NCBI GenBank assembly: GCA_963796275.1
Contig: CAWCKY010000004.1
Span: 256,001 to 320,000, forward strand
Origin: an uncultured Acidobacteriota bacterium
GTDB lineage: Bacteria; Acidobacteriota; Blastocatellia; RBC074
Length of the DNA: 64,000 nt
Direction of reading: 5' to 3'
A program made the translations under genes and the position numbers. Shown piece after piece: positions 43,446 through 52,115 of this stretch (position 1 is its first letter; each line of letters opens with the position of its first letter). Under the pieces are notes generated by a model. The model was not told the origin of the DNA and searched no databases. It saw only the letters and a program-made list of their open reading frames with translations.

Positions 43446-43635
43446 ATAGAATTCACTTCCAAACCAAGGCACCGATTGTCAAATGTGCCCTGGCCCGTTC
43501 GAGAGCCGCGACGCACCATGGAGAGAGAAAGAGTTCGATGAACGCGTGCGTCGCATGTCGTATGGAGGGGGAAGCTCCAGTGAGCTTGTATTTATTGCCC
43601 TGAGCTGAACAGATAGCCGCAGATCCGTTCCATAA

Positions 43636-44682
43636 CTATCTGGGCACAGCTTCAATAATGCTCCAATCCGAACCTGTCGGCACCACCTTGTTGAGACGCA
43701 GATCGGCTTCCCCCAGGAGACTTTCGTACTCTTCCTCCGTTCTTTCTTGTCCTCCCAAAAAGGTGAGCATAACGTAGTCCATAAGTTTTCCCGGGTGGAA
43801 TTCGTTACCTGCCGGTAGGATCATCTCGATAAGCAGTAGCCGGCCTCTTTCACCCATAGCCTGCCGGCAATTCCTGAGGATAGTGACGGCACGCTCGCGG
43901 TCCCAGTCGTGTATGATCCAGCGTAGAAGGTAAGCGTCGCATCCTGCCGGGACTGAATTAAAGAAGTCGCCGCCCACTACCTCGCAACGTTGGGTGAGGC
44001 CGGCGGAGGCGATCGATTCGCGTGAGCGAGGGGCAACGTGCGGCGCATCGAAGAGAATCCCGGTCATCTCCGGATATTTCTGCAAGATCGCGGCGATCAG
44101 CGTTCCATGGCCGCCGCCGACGTCGATGATCTTACCGATACCGCTAAAGTCGTACGAACTCACGACTGCTGCGGCGACGCCCTGCCCCATATTGTTCATC
44201 GCCTGATTGAAAATCTCTCCATCGCCGGGGCGGGCGGCCAGATAATCGAAGAACTCCATTCCGTTGACGCGCTCGAATACCGGTTCGCTTGTCTTGATGC
44301 TATGGAGGGCCTCCCCGTGCATGTGGTGATTGTGCTTGAGTCCGGTCATCCTCAACCATGATCGCAGCGAGCCCGGAACCCCGGTCCGTAGACACTCGCT
44401 GAGCGGCGTCTGGGCGAAGCTATCGGGCTGAACCTCGGTGAAAACATCGAGGCTGCACAATATCCGAAGTAGCCGATAGAGAGATCGAGGATGTGTGGAG
44501 GTGGCCTGTGCCAGCTCTTCACTGCTCCGTGGGCCGTCGGCGAGATGATCGGCGATGCCCAACTCCGCAGCTAACGAGAGCGAAGTCGATATGATCGTCC
44601 CCTGACTCAAGAAAAAGACCAGCATTGGCGGTGGAAGTTCAGATACACCTTGTCTGAACCATTTTTCTAACATCGATGGCAT
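43636..44682 (-). CDS. SAM-dependent O-methyltransferase (dimerisation + Methyltransf_2), copy 1
   Basis: wHTH dimerisation domain, IIDVGGGHG, GGDFF, IIHDWD and GQERT. Confidence 0.92.
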   Translation of the reverse strand: MPSMLEKWFRQGVSELPPPMLVFFLSQGTIISTSLSLAAELGIADHLADGPRSSEELAQATSTHPRSLYRLLRILCSLDVFTEVQPDSFAQTPLSECLRTGVPGSLRSWLRMTGLKHNHHMHGEALHSIKTSEPVFERVNGMEFFDYLAARPGDGEIFNQAMNNMGQGVAAAVVSSYDFSGIGKIIDVGGGHGTLIAAILQKYPEMTGILFDAPHVAPRSRESIASAGLTQRCEVVGGDFFNSVPAGCDAYLLRWIIHDWDRERAVTILRNCRQAMGERGRLLLIEMILPAGNEFHPGKLMDYVMLTFLGGQERTEEEYESLLGEADLRLNKVVPTGSDWSIIEAVPR

Positions 44683-44780
44683 ATAATTAACAACTCCTTT
44701 AAAAAATCGGCCGGGGGAGATGAAATAATACGACGAAATATAGTTATCTGACGGGGTTGACGAACTGGGCAATCGATAAC

Positions 44781-44871
44781 AGTTTTTTAGTTTTTAGTTT
44801 TCAGCACATTCTGGTTTTCCGCATATTCTGAATGATAAAACCGAAAACTGAAAACTGAAAACTGAAAACTG
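44781..44871. repeat. Heptamer-armed palindrome
   Basis: (TTTTTAG/TTTTCAG)n-core ATTCTGAATG-(CTGAAAA)n. Confidence 0.8.
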
Positions 44872-44908
44872 CTGATAGCCTCGGATTTTGTGGATAAAGC
44901 ATCGGGAA

Positions 44909-45060
44909 AGCGCCAGCGGCGCGAATGTATATAGCTCTGGCAAGAAAAGCTCGCAAGCTCCGTCAGGAGCGACATCTGAGCGTGGATATGCCGCCCCCCT
45001 GGGGCTGAGAAAAGCTTTTGTGAGCGAACATCTATAAACATAATGCCCCCCGGGGCTAAC
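44909..45060. repeat. REP-like element family C, second copy
   Basis: AGCGCC...GGCGCG-AATGT-TATAG start and CAAGCTCCGTCAGGAGCGACAT arm shared with 12144-12298. Confidence 0.7.
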
Positions 45061-45132
45061 CCACAAAATCTGGTGCGGTCAGGAAACCGAAACGCGAAAG
45101 GACTCATATTACCTATACAGATTACTTAAATT

Positions 45133-45167
45133 AAACGAAACCGGCGGAGGATTAAACCTCTCGCCGG
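45133..45167 (-). terminator. Intrinsic terminator-like hairpin homologous to the inter-TBDR hairpins
   Basis: CCGGCGAGAGG-loop-CCTCCGCCGG followed by TTTCGTTT on the minus strand. Confidence 0.6.
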
Positions 45168-45228
45168 CAATGAGAGAATCGCGCAGCGCACGCAGGAGAT
45201 CAAAGATCGCGCGTCTTGACCAAAAACA

Positions 45229-45242
45229 TGTTAACTGTTAGG
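45229..45242. promoter_or_regulatory. Conserved 14-bp motif TGTTAACTGTTAGG, candidate regulator site
   Basis: Identical copy at 56344-56357 upstream of the TonB gene; contains a TGTTA direct repeat. Confidence 0.45.
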
Positions 45243-45335
45243 TTTAATTGATATTCGCGAGTTGCCTCAACTGCAGTATTTTTTTCAATTTGCGCTTACA
45301 TGTACCACATTTTGATTTCCAGAGGAGGGGAAATC

Positions 45336-46172
45336 ATGAATTCGGAATATAAACCCGACCTCCCCAACGATTATCTGTTGGGAAGGACACCGGAAGAACA
45401 TCAACGAATTCGCCGTCAGGCGAAGGTGTGGGAGCCCGCGACCATGCGGATTTTCCAGCAGATCGGGTTGCGTGAGGGCATGCAATGCCTTGATCTCGGT
45501 TGTGGGCCGGGTGAGGTGATGCGCTTAATTGGTGAGTCGGTAGGGACAACCGGACATGTCACAGGGCTCGACGCTGACGGCGAATTCGGTTGCCAAGCCA
45601 TAGAGATGTTGCAAGCAACTAAAAGCCACTTCACCTTTATCGAACAAGATATCGAAACAACCGATGAGATCCCGGGCCAGCCATTCGACCTGGTTTTTGC
45701 ACGCCTCATGATCATTTTCGCTCGAGATCCGGTTGCTACAATGCGAAAGATGTATACATGGACGAAACCAGGTGGGCACATCGTTGTACAAGACTATGAC
45801 ACTCGTACAATAGATATCTTCCCCAAACTAGAGTCTTGGGAAGAGCTAAATAGGGTCGTTTCAGGAGTATTCATGCAGCAGCGCAAGGATATACAAATCG
45901 GCCATAAACTGCCGGCATATTTCGTTGACGCCGGCATCGGCGATCCGGATGGTACGGACGTGGCAAGCGTCGTAGGCTCACTAAAACAATATGGCTGGTG
46001 GGTTCGCGTAGCCTACCAGAGCGTTTTGCAGCGCGCCATCCAAAGCGGACTCACGACCGAGGCAGAAAGCTTGGCAGCACTCGACGAGTTTAGCCAGGCA
46101 GAGCGGAGTGAACGTTACTATTCTGTTCTCTTCCCCTTGCTTATAGGTGCTTGGAAGCGTAAGCCCTTATAA
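45336..46172 (+). CDS. Class I SAM-dependent methyltransferase
   Basis: RBS GGAGG; YLLG...E-x-x-R, LDLGCGPG, FDLVFARL and KPGG. Confidence 0.9.
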   Translation: MNSEYKPDLPNDYLLGRTPEEHQRIRRQAKVWEPATMRIFQQIGLREGMQCLDLGCGPGEVMRLIGESVGTTGHVTGLDADGEFGCQAIEMLQATKSHFTFIEQDIETTDEIPGQPFDLVFARLMIIFARDPVATMRKMYTWTKPGGHIVVQDYDTRTIDIFPKLESWEELNRVVSGVFMQQRKDIQIGHKLPAYFVDAGIGDPDGTDVASVVGSLKQYGWWVRVAYQSVLQRAIQSGLTTEAESLAALDEFSQAERSERYYSVLFPLLIGAWKRKPL

Positions 46173-46421
46173 AGTAGAACCATCCGTCCGACACTCACAA
46201 AATGCCGACGGGACCGTCGCCTGAATTGCAATCTGTGATCCGGAAGATTTCCTGTCCGAGTGCATCGTATTCTCTCTCCTCCAGTTTATCCCTTATCCAT
46301 TTATTCCCGGACGATCATTGTCCATCCCGGTAACCAATCGATTAACGGTTTTCCGTTTTAGAAGCTGAAAACTAAAATCGGACGGCGCATTGATGCGGAT
46401 GCTCGCTGATCCGTTTCATAA

Positions 46422-47468
46422 CTATCTGGGCACAGCTTCAATAATGCTCATCGGTGAACCTGTCGGCACCACTTTGTTGAGACGGAGATCGGCTTCGCGC
46501 AGTAGGCTATCGTACTCTTCCGCCGTTCTTTCTTGACCGCTATGAGATGTGAGCATAATGTAGTCCATCATCTTTCCCGGGTGGAATTCGTTCCCTGTCC
46601 TTATGACCGACTCGATCAGCAGCAGCCGGCTTCTTTCTCCCATCCCTTTTCGACAATTCCTGAGGATAGTGACGGCACGCTCGTTGTCCCAGTTGTGGAT
46701 GACCCAACGCAGGAGATAAGCGTCGCATCCCGAGGGAATTGATTTAAGGAAGTCGCCGCCCACTACCTCGCAACGGTGGGCGAGGCCGGCGGAGGCGATC
46801 GATTCGCGGGCGCTATCGGCTACGTGCGGCGAGTCGAAGAGAATCCCGGTCATCTCTGGATATTTCTGCAAGATCGCGGCGATCAGCGTTCCGTGGCCGC
46901 CGCCGACGTCGATGATCTTGCCGATACCGCTGAAGTCGTACGATTGTGCGACCGATGCGGCGACGACCTGCCCCATGTCGTTCATCGCCTGGTTGAAAAT
47001 CTCTCCTTCCTCGGGGTTGGCTGCCAGGTAATCGAAGAAGTCCATTCCAGCGACGCGGTTGAATGCCGGTTCGCCTGTCTTGATGCTGTGGAGAGCCTCG
47101 GCGTGCGTGTGGAACCTGACCTTGAACCCGATCATCCTCAACCATGACCGCATCGATCCCGGAACGCCGGTCCGTAGACACTCGCTAAGCGGCGTCTGGG
47201 CGAAGCTATCGGTCTGAATCTCGGCGAAAACACCAAGGCTGCACAATAACCGAAGTAAACGATAGAGAGATCGTGGATGTGTGGAAGTGGCCTGCGCCAA
47301 CTCTTCACTGCTGCGCGGGCCGTCGACGAGGAGATCGGCGATGCCCAGTTCCGCGGCCAGCGAGAGCGAAGTCGAGATGATCGTCCCTTGACTCAATAAA
47401 GATATGCGAATTGGCGGGGGAAGTTCAGATGCACTTCGCCCGAACCAGTTTTCTAACATCGATGACAT
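46422..47468 (-). CDS. SAM-dependent O-methyltransferase, copy 2
   Basis: Close paralog of 43636-44682 with the same motifs; VIHNWD instead of IIHDWD. Confidence 0.92.
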   Translation of the reverse strand: MSSMLENWFGRSASELPPPIRISLLSQGTIISTSLSLAAELGIADLLVDGPRSSEELAQATSTHPRSLYRLLRLLCSLGVFAEIQTDSFAQTPLSECLRTGVPGSMRSWLRMIGFKVRFHTHAEALHSIKTGEPAFNRVAGMDFFDYLAANPEEGEIFNQAMNDMGQVVAASVAQSYDFSGIGKIIDVGGGHGTLIAAILQKYPEMTGILFDSPHVADSARESIASAGLAHRCEVVGGDFLKSIPSGCDAYLLRWVIHNWDNERAVTILRNCRKGMGERSRLLLIESVIRTGNEFHPGKMMDYIMLTSHSGQERTAEEYDSLLREADLRLNKVVPTGSPMSIIEAVPR

Positions 47469-47567
47469 ATAACCTAACAACTCCTTTAAAAACCGGCCGT
47501 GGTGTATGAAATAATCCGACTAAATATAGTTGATCTGACGATCATTACTTCATTGCAGGAAGGAAAT

Positions 47568-48812
47568 TCATCCGTGTTCAACCAACCCGGAACGCTCCGG
47601 CTTCCTCGATGACTTCAGGCTCGCAGGCAGTGCAATTACGGTCAGTACCAGGAGAACGAGGCCGATGATATGGACGGCGGCTGGGCGTCCGCCGGCAATA
47701 TCGGCGAGGCGAATCACGACTATCGGGTTGACGAACTGGCCCAGGAAAAAACTGGCAGTCAAGGCCCCGGTCCCTAATCCACGCCGCTCGAGCGGCAAGG
47801 TGCGCATGTTCCAGGTCAGGAGCGCCGGCAAAAGCAATCCGCCTCCGAGCCCGTTGATCAGAATGCCTATCGTAACCTCATTCACTGTCGTGGCGGCTGC
47901 CAGGATCAGTAGGCCCACGCCCGAAGAGGCGCAGCTCAATGTCAGCAACCGGGGGGTGGTGAAGCCGATAATATTAAGACGGTGAAAGATGAGGCTTCCA
48001 AACATCTTCGCTAATGCCGAGATGCCTAATATCACACCGATGGTCCGGGTCGAGCGAATGCCCATCCCATTGAGCAGATAGGCCAGATGCACCGGCACGA
48101 CGTAAAATGCGATCAGGCCAATCAACGCGATCCCGCAGATACCAAGTAACAGCAGCGGGCGAAATGACGGCGCGGCGGCATCTCCCGGCGTCGCATCCTG
48201 TTCGACCTCTGGCCGCCGCTTTCGATCGGGTTCCCACAGGTAGATATGCGTCAACGGCGCAATCAGCAGGCTGATGCCGTAGACCCAGAATGGAGCCCGC
48301 CAGCCCAATTCACCTAAGAGTCCTCCCACCAAGAGAAAGATCGAGGCCGATAGAGCCACCCAGGTCACCTGCAGGGCCAGGTACTTGCTCCGCCTCGCTC
48401 CATCATAATAGTCCCCGATCAACGTCGTGCAGCAGGTCATGATCACGGCTTCCGCCAATCCCACTCCGGCACGGCTCACGATAATGGCATATAACGAATC
48501 GAGCCAGAGCGGCGCGGTTCCGAACACAGCATAGAGCACGAGGGCGATCACCAACGGGCGCCTGCGCCCCAGCACATCGACGATCACCCCCGCAAAGGGC
48601 GCCAGAATCGCGATGAAAAGTGCCGGAATCGTCAGCGCAATCGGCACCAGATATTCCACATTCGGAATCCCGGAAAATTGCCTTTGAATCTCCGGCAATA
48701 TCGGCGCAATCAACAGCCCGCCCATGATCGGCAGGCAACTTCCGGCCATGAGCAGGAAGGCATGGATGAATCTGGGCGTCTTCTCTTCTCTTCCCGAACG
48801 GTCATTGGACAT
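47568..48812 (-). CDS. MFS transporter
   Basis: About 12 TM segments; motif A GVIVDVLGRRR; TTLIGDYY. Confidence 0.9.
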   Translation of the reverse strand: MSNDRSGREEKTPRFIHAFLLMAGSCLPIMGGLLIAPILPEIQRQFSGIPNVEYLVPIALTIPALFIAILAPFAGVIVDVLGRRRPLVIALVLYAVFGTAPLWLDSLYAIIVSRAGVGLAEAVIMTCCTTLIGDYYDGARRSKYLALQVTWVALSASIFLLVGGLLGELGWRAPFWVYGISLLIAPLTHIYLWEPDRKRRPEVEQDATPGDAAAPSFRPLLLLGICGIALIGLIAFYVVPVHLAYLLNGMGIRSTRTIGVILGISALAKMFGSLIFHRLNIIGFTTPRLLTLSCASSGVGLLILAAATTVNEVTIGILINGLGGGLLLPALLTWNMRTLPLERRGLGTGALTASFFLGQFVNPIVVIRLADIAGGRPAAVHIIGLVLLVLTVIALPASLKSSRKPERSGLVEHG

Positions 48813-48832
48813 CTATGTTACCCAATCGATAA

Positions 48833-48900
48833 CAGTTTTCAGTTTTCAGTTTTTAGTTTTTAGCATTCAGAATGGCTGAAAACTAAAAACTAAAAACTGT
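48833..48900. repeat. Heptamer-armed palindrome downstream of TBDR1
   Basis: (TTTTCAG/TTTTTAG)n-CATTCAGAATGG-(CTGAAAA/CTAAAAA)n. Confidence 0.8.
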
Positions 48901-48904
48901 CTTT

Positions 48905-51892
48905 TCAAAATTTCAGCTTGAAGCCAAGCTGGATCTGTCGTGGATTGAAGACATCGCGCGTCGTCATAAAACCCGCCACCGGAGCCACGTTCAGGTTGCT
49001 GCTGCCGTAGAACGTGCTGATGTCACGTATATTGACCCGATTGAACAGATTGAAGAAATCGACGCTGAATTCGCTGTTCAACCTCTCTTTGAATTTGATC
49101 GGTCGCGCCACCCGCGCATCGACCGATGCAAACCCTGGCCCCATCAACGTGTTGCGCCCGAGAACCCCCGGTCGGTCCGAGAGCGGGTTCCCGTCAGCGT
49201 TCGCGTCGAAGCCGGTGAAGACCGTGAAGGGTCTCCCGCTCTCGATCGCCACCAGCGAACTGAACTTGAAATCACGCAGCAACGGTACCCCCTTCGGCAC
49301 CTGCTCGAGGAACGAGAGGGTGAACCGATGCGCCAAATGCTGGCGTGACAGCGCCCACTCGCTCAACCCAGGCGCTTGCGGAAAATCATTCAGGGCCGCC
49401 GACGAATCGACCCCTCCGTCTGACATCGTCTTCGAGAAGGTGTAGCTCCCATGTACCCCAAACCCTAGGCCGAATCGCCTCTCGATGTCTAATGTCCCGC
49501 CATGATAGGCCGTGTCTCCCAGGTTGGTGACGAAGACTATGTCGCCCAGTTCGGGAAATACCCGCGACCCGAAGAATGGTTGGCCAGGCGCCGGCGGCCC
49601 CATCGGCCCGACCGGCGGCGCTGGCGTCACCACCGCATTCAGGTTGCCCGAGCGTCCAATCAGCTTCACGCCATGCACGTACAGATATCCCGCAGTCAAT
49701 GCCACACCCCCTGGGAGTTCTTGCGATATCTGCAGGCTCGCCTGCGTGGTATACGGCGTGTCCAGGTTCCCGACCAATGTATCATTGAGCGTCGGTCTGC
49801 CCATCACCGGCGTCTGCCCCGTTGTCAGGAAGGTGAGCGTCGCCGGCGTCGCCATAGGTCCAGTCACGATCGTCTGGCTGAAACGGCCGCCGAACGTGGT
49901 CACACCCGGGAACAGTACCGCCGCATTCGGCAGATTGCCTCGGTTATTATATTCGGTCGCGTTGAAGCTCTGCCCGATGCTTGATGCCAACCGATCGTTG
50001 AATATTCCGAATCCTACTCGCACCACTCCCTTCGGGTTCCAACTGTAGGCCAGCCCGATGCGTGGCTGGAAATTGTTCGTATCGCGATCCTGAACAAAGC
50101 GTGAGGGATAGCCCTCAACGTCATATCGCACGCCCAGGCTCAAGCTCAACTTCGGTGTCACCCTCCATTGATCCTGGACGAAGCCTCCAAAGATGCTGTG
50201 ATTGAGCGTGAACCCGGTGCTGTTTGCGTAGATGTCCGGCAACGCCTGCGTGAACGGCACAGGCACCTGATAACCTGGTGCCGCTGCCGAACTCGGCCAC
50301 CAGAAGACTGCCGGGCCCGTGGTCGGACTCGGCGCCGTCGTCGGCGTGAAACCTAACAGCCGGGGCAGCGTCGGAAAGATGATCCGCCCCGGGAAGAACA
50401 GATTCCACACGCTCTCGTCATGCAAATAGTTGTAATCCCCTCCGAATTTGAACTGATGCGCCCCTCTGGAATAGCTGAAGTTGTCCGTCACTTGTATCCG
50501 GTCTTCCTGATAGTAGTCCAGGTCGGCCGGGTTCTTGCCCATCGTCAAGAGGTTGCTCACCTCGATCGTCGGCTCGCTGTTGACGCTCGGAAACCCGAAA
50601 CTCCGCCTCGCCAATTGCAACCTCGCCTCGTTCGAGGCCCGTGGCGAGAGCGGTGAAATCAAGGTCGCCACTACCGCCTGGTCGGTGACATCGTTGTTGC
50701 GCGTGGTCGATGAAAGAGAGGCCGCGCGACTCCCGCCGCCCAGGAAGTTGCTGGTATCCGCGGTCAGGTAGTTGTAGCGCAGCGAGAGCGCATTATCCCC
50801 AATCACATGGTCGACCTTCCCCAGGAATTGATCGTAGTCGTTCGAGCGAACCTGATTGAGCGTCTCCGGCACCAGATTGAATTGGGAGCGGAAGGCGTTG
50901 ATCGCCGCCAGGTTTTGCTGGATCACCTGCGCGAAGCGGTTCGATTCGTCGCGCCGCTGGCCTTCATAGTTGACGAAGTAGAAGGTGCTGTCTTCCTTGA
51001 TCGGCCCACCGAGGGTCGCCCCGTACTGATGCTGCCGCAGCACGTTGGTATCGGGAGTATTGAGGATCGATTGCGCGTTGAGCGCGTCGTTGATCCCGAA
51101 ATAATAGACCGATCCGTTCGGAGTGTTTGTGCCCGAGCGGGTGATGATGTTGACGAAGCCTCCGCTGGCTCGCCCGTATTCGGCCAGATAGGTTGAATTG
51201 AGTACGCGAAACTCGCTGGCCGCCTCCTGCGACGGCGTCGCGCGCGGCAAGCCGGTGAAGGTCTGTATGTTATCGGCTCCGTCCACCTGGATCAGGGTGG
51301 CGAGTTCTCCCTGGCCGGCGAATGACAGGCGCGGCGCCGCGACCGCTCCGACGCCGACATCCGGCTCTTTGAAAACGCCGCCGTAGATGTTCTCACGTCC
51401 CAGCGAGACCCCGCTCGAGAGTTTGACGAAGTCGACGAAGTTGCGCCCGATGTTGGGTAACGACTCGATCTCCCGCGTCTCGATCACCCGACTCAGCCCG
51501 ATTCTGTTCGGCTCGATCAAAGGCGCTCGCTCACCGATCGTCACCTGTTCAGAAATCGCGCCCACACTCATCGTTATATCCGCCGCTAACGCACCGCCGA
51601 CGCTCAGCGTCAGACCGCTCTGAAGAGCGACCTTGTAACCTGACGCCTCAACCCGCAACTCATAACTGCCAGGCTCCAGGTTGGTGAAACTGTACCGCCC
51701 CGCTTTATCAGTCGAAATCGTGCGCGTCTTTCCCGTCGCGATGTGACTGACCTTGACGGCCGCACCAGGAATCCCCCCTTTTTGTTCGTCTCGTACGACT
51801 CCGGAGAGCGTAGCTGTCGGTGTCTGCGCGCCAATCCCGACCGCCGCCAACAACAACCAAATCAATACTGTATAAATCTTCGCCTTGAGCAT
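48905..51892 (-). CDS. Oar-like TonB-dependent receptor TBDR1 (N-terminal type B, barrel type X)
   Basis: Signal peptide, CarboxypepD_reg-like domain, LPNIGRNF plug, QPRIGLAY and terminal PRQIQLGFKLKF. Confidence 0.93.
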   Translation of the reverse strand: MLKAKIYTVLIWLLLAAVGIGAQTPTATLSGVVRDEQKGGIPGAAVKVSHIATGKTRTISTDKAGRYSFTNLEPGSYELRVEASGYKVALQSGLTLSVGGALAADITMSVGAISEQVTIGERAPLIEPNRIGLSRVIETREIESLPNIGRNFVDFVKLSSGVSLGRENIYGGVFKEPDVGVGAVAAPRLSFAGQGELATLIQVDGADNIQTFTGLPRATPSQEAASEFRVLNSTYLAEYGRASGGFVNIITRSGTNTPNGSVYYFGINDALNAQSILNTPDTNVLRQHQYGATLGGPIKEDSTFYFVNYEGQRRDESNRFAQVIQQNLAAINAFRSQFNLVPETLNQVRSNDYDQFLGKVDHVIGDNALSLRYNYLTADTSNFLGGGSRAASLSSTTRNNDVTDQAVVATLISPLSPRASNEARLQLARRSFGFPSVNSEPTIEVSNLLTMGKNPADLDYYQEDRIQVTDNFSYSRGAHQFKFGGDYNYLHDESVWNLFFPGRIIFPTLPRLLGFTPTTAPSPTTGPAVFWWPSSAAAPGYQVPVPFTQALPDIYANSTGFTLNHSIFGGFVQDQWRVTPKLSLSLGVRYDVEGYPSRFVQDRDTNNFQPRIGLAYSWNPKGVVRVGFGIFNDRLASSIGQSFNATEYNNRGNLPNAAVLFPGVTTFGGRFSQTIVTGPMATPATLTFLTTGQTPVMGRPTLNDTLVGNLDTPYTTQASLQISQELPGGVALTAGYLYVHGVKLIGRSGNLNAVVTPAPPVGPMGPPAPGQPFFGSRVFPELGDIVFVTNLGDTAYHGGTLDIERRFGLGFGVHGSYTFSKTMSDGGVDSSAALNDFPQAPGLSEWALSRQHLAHRFTLSFLEQVPKGVPLLRDFKFSSLVAIESGRPFTVFTGFDANADGNPLSDRPGVLGRNTLMGPGFASVDARVARPIKFKERLNSEFSVDFFNLFNRVNIRDISTFYGSSNLNVAPVAGFMTTRDVFNPRQIQLGFKLKF

Positions 51893-51971
51893 TTTAAATA
51901 CATCTCCATACGGTGACCCCCGCTCGGGGCTTATATCCAGGGGCTTATCTTACGTATCTTCCCTATATGAT

Positions 51972-52005
51972 ACAAAACCGGCGAAGGGTTAGACCTCTCG
52001 CCGGT
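51972..52005 (-). terminator. Intrinsic terminator-like hairpin between TBDR2 and TBDR1
   Basis: ACCGGCGAGAGG-loop-CCCTTCGCCGGT followed by TTTGT. Confidence 0.65.
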
Positions 52006-52020
52006 GAGGAGAGAATCGAT

Positions 52021-52097
52021 CAGTACCGCGAACAATAGCGAGCGCGTCTTAACCAATCGATCATCAATAAAGACTCGCCCGCTACCGTTCGCGGTGC
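52021..52097. repeat. REP-like family A palindrome
   Basis: CAGTACCGCGAACAATAGCGAGCG...CGCCCGCTACCGTTCGCGGTGC. Confidence 0.7.
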
Positions 52098-52115
52098 TTT
52101 CGTTCTGATTTCGTT

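Noticed and set aside
44787-45107. Small ORFs with FQFSVFSF-type sequence (also 14689-14886 and 48678-48863)
   Set aside because: Translations of heptamer and REP repeats.
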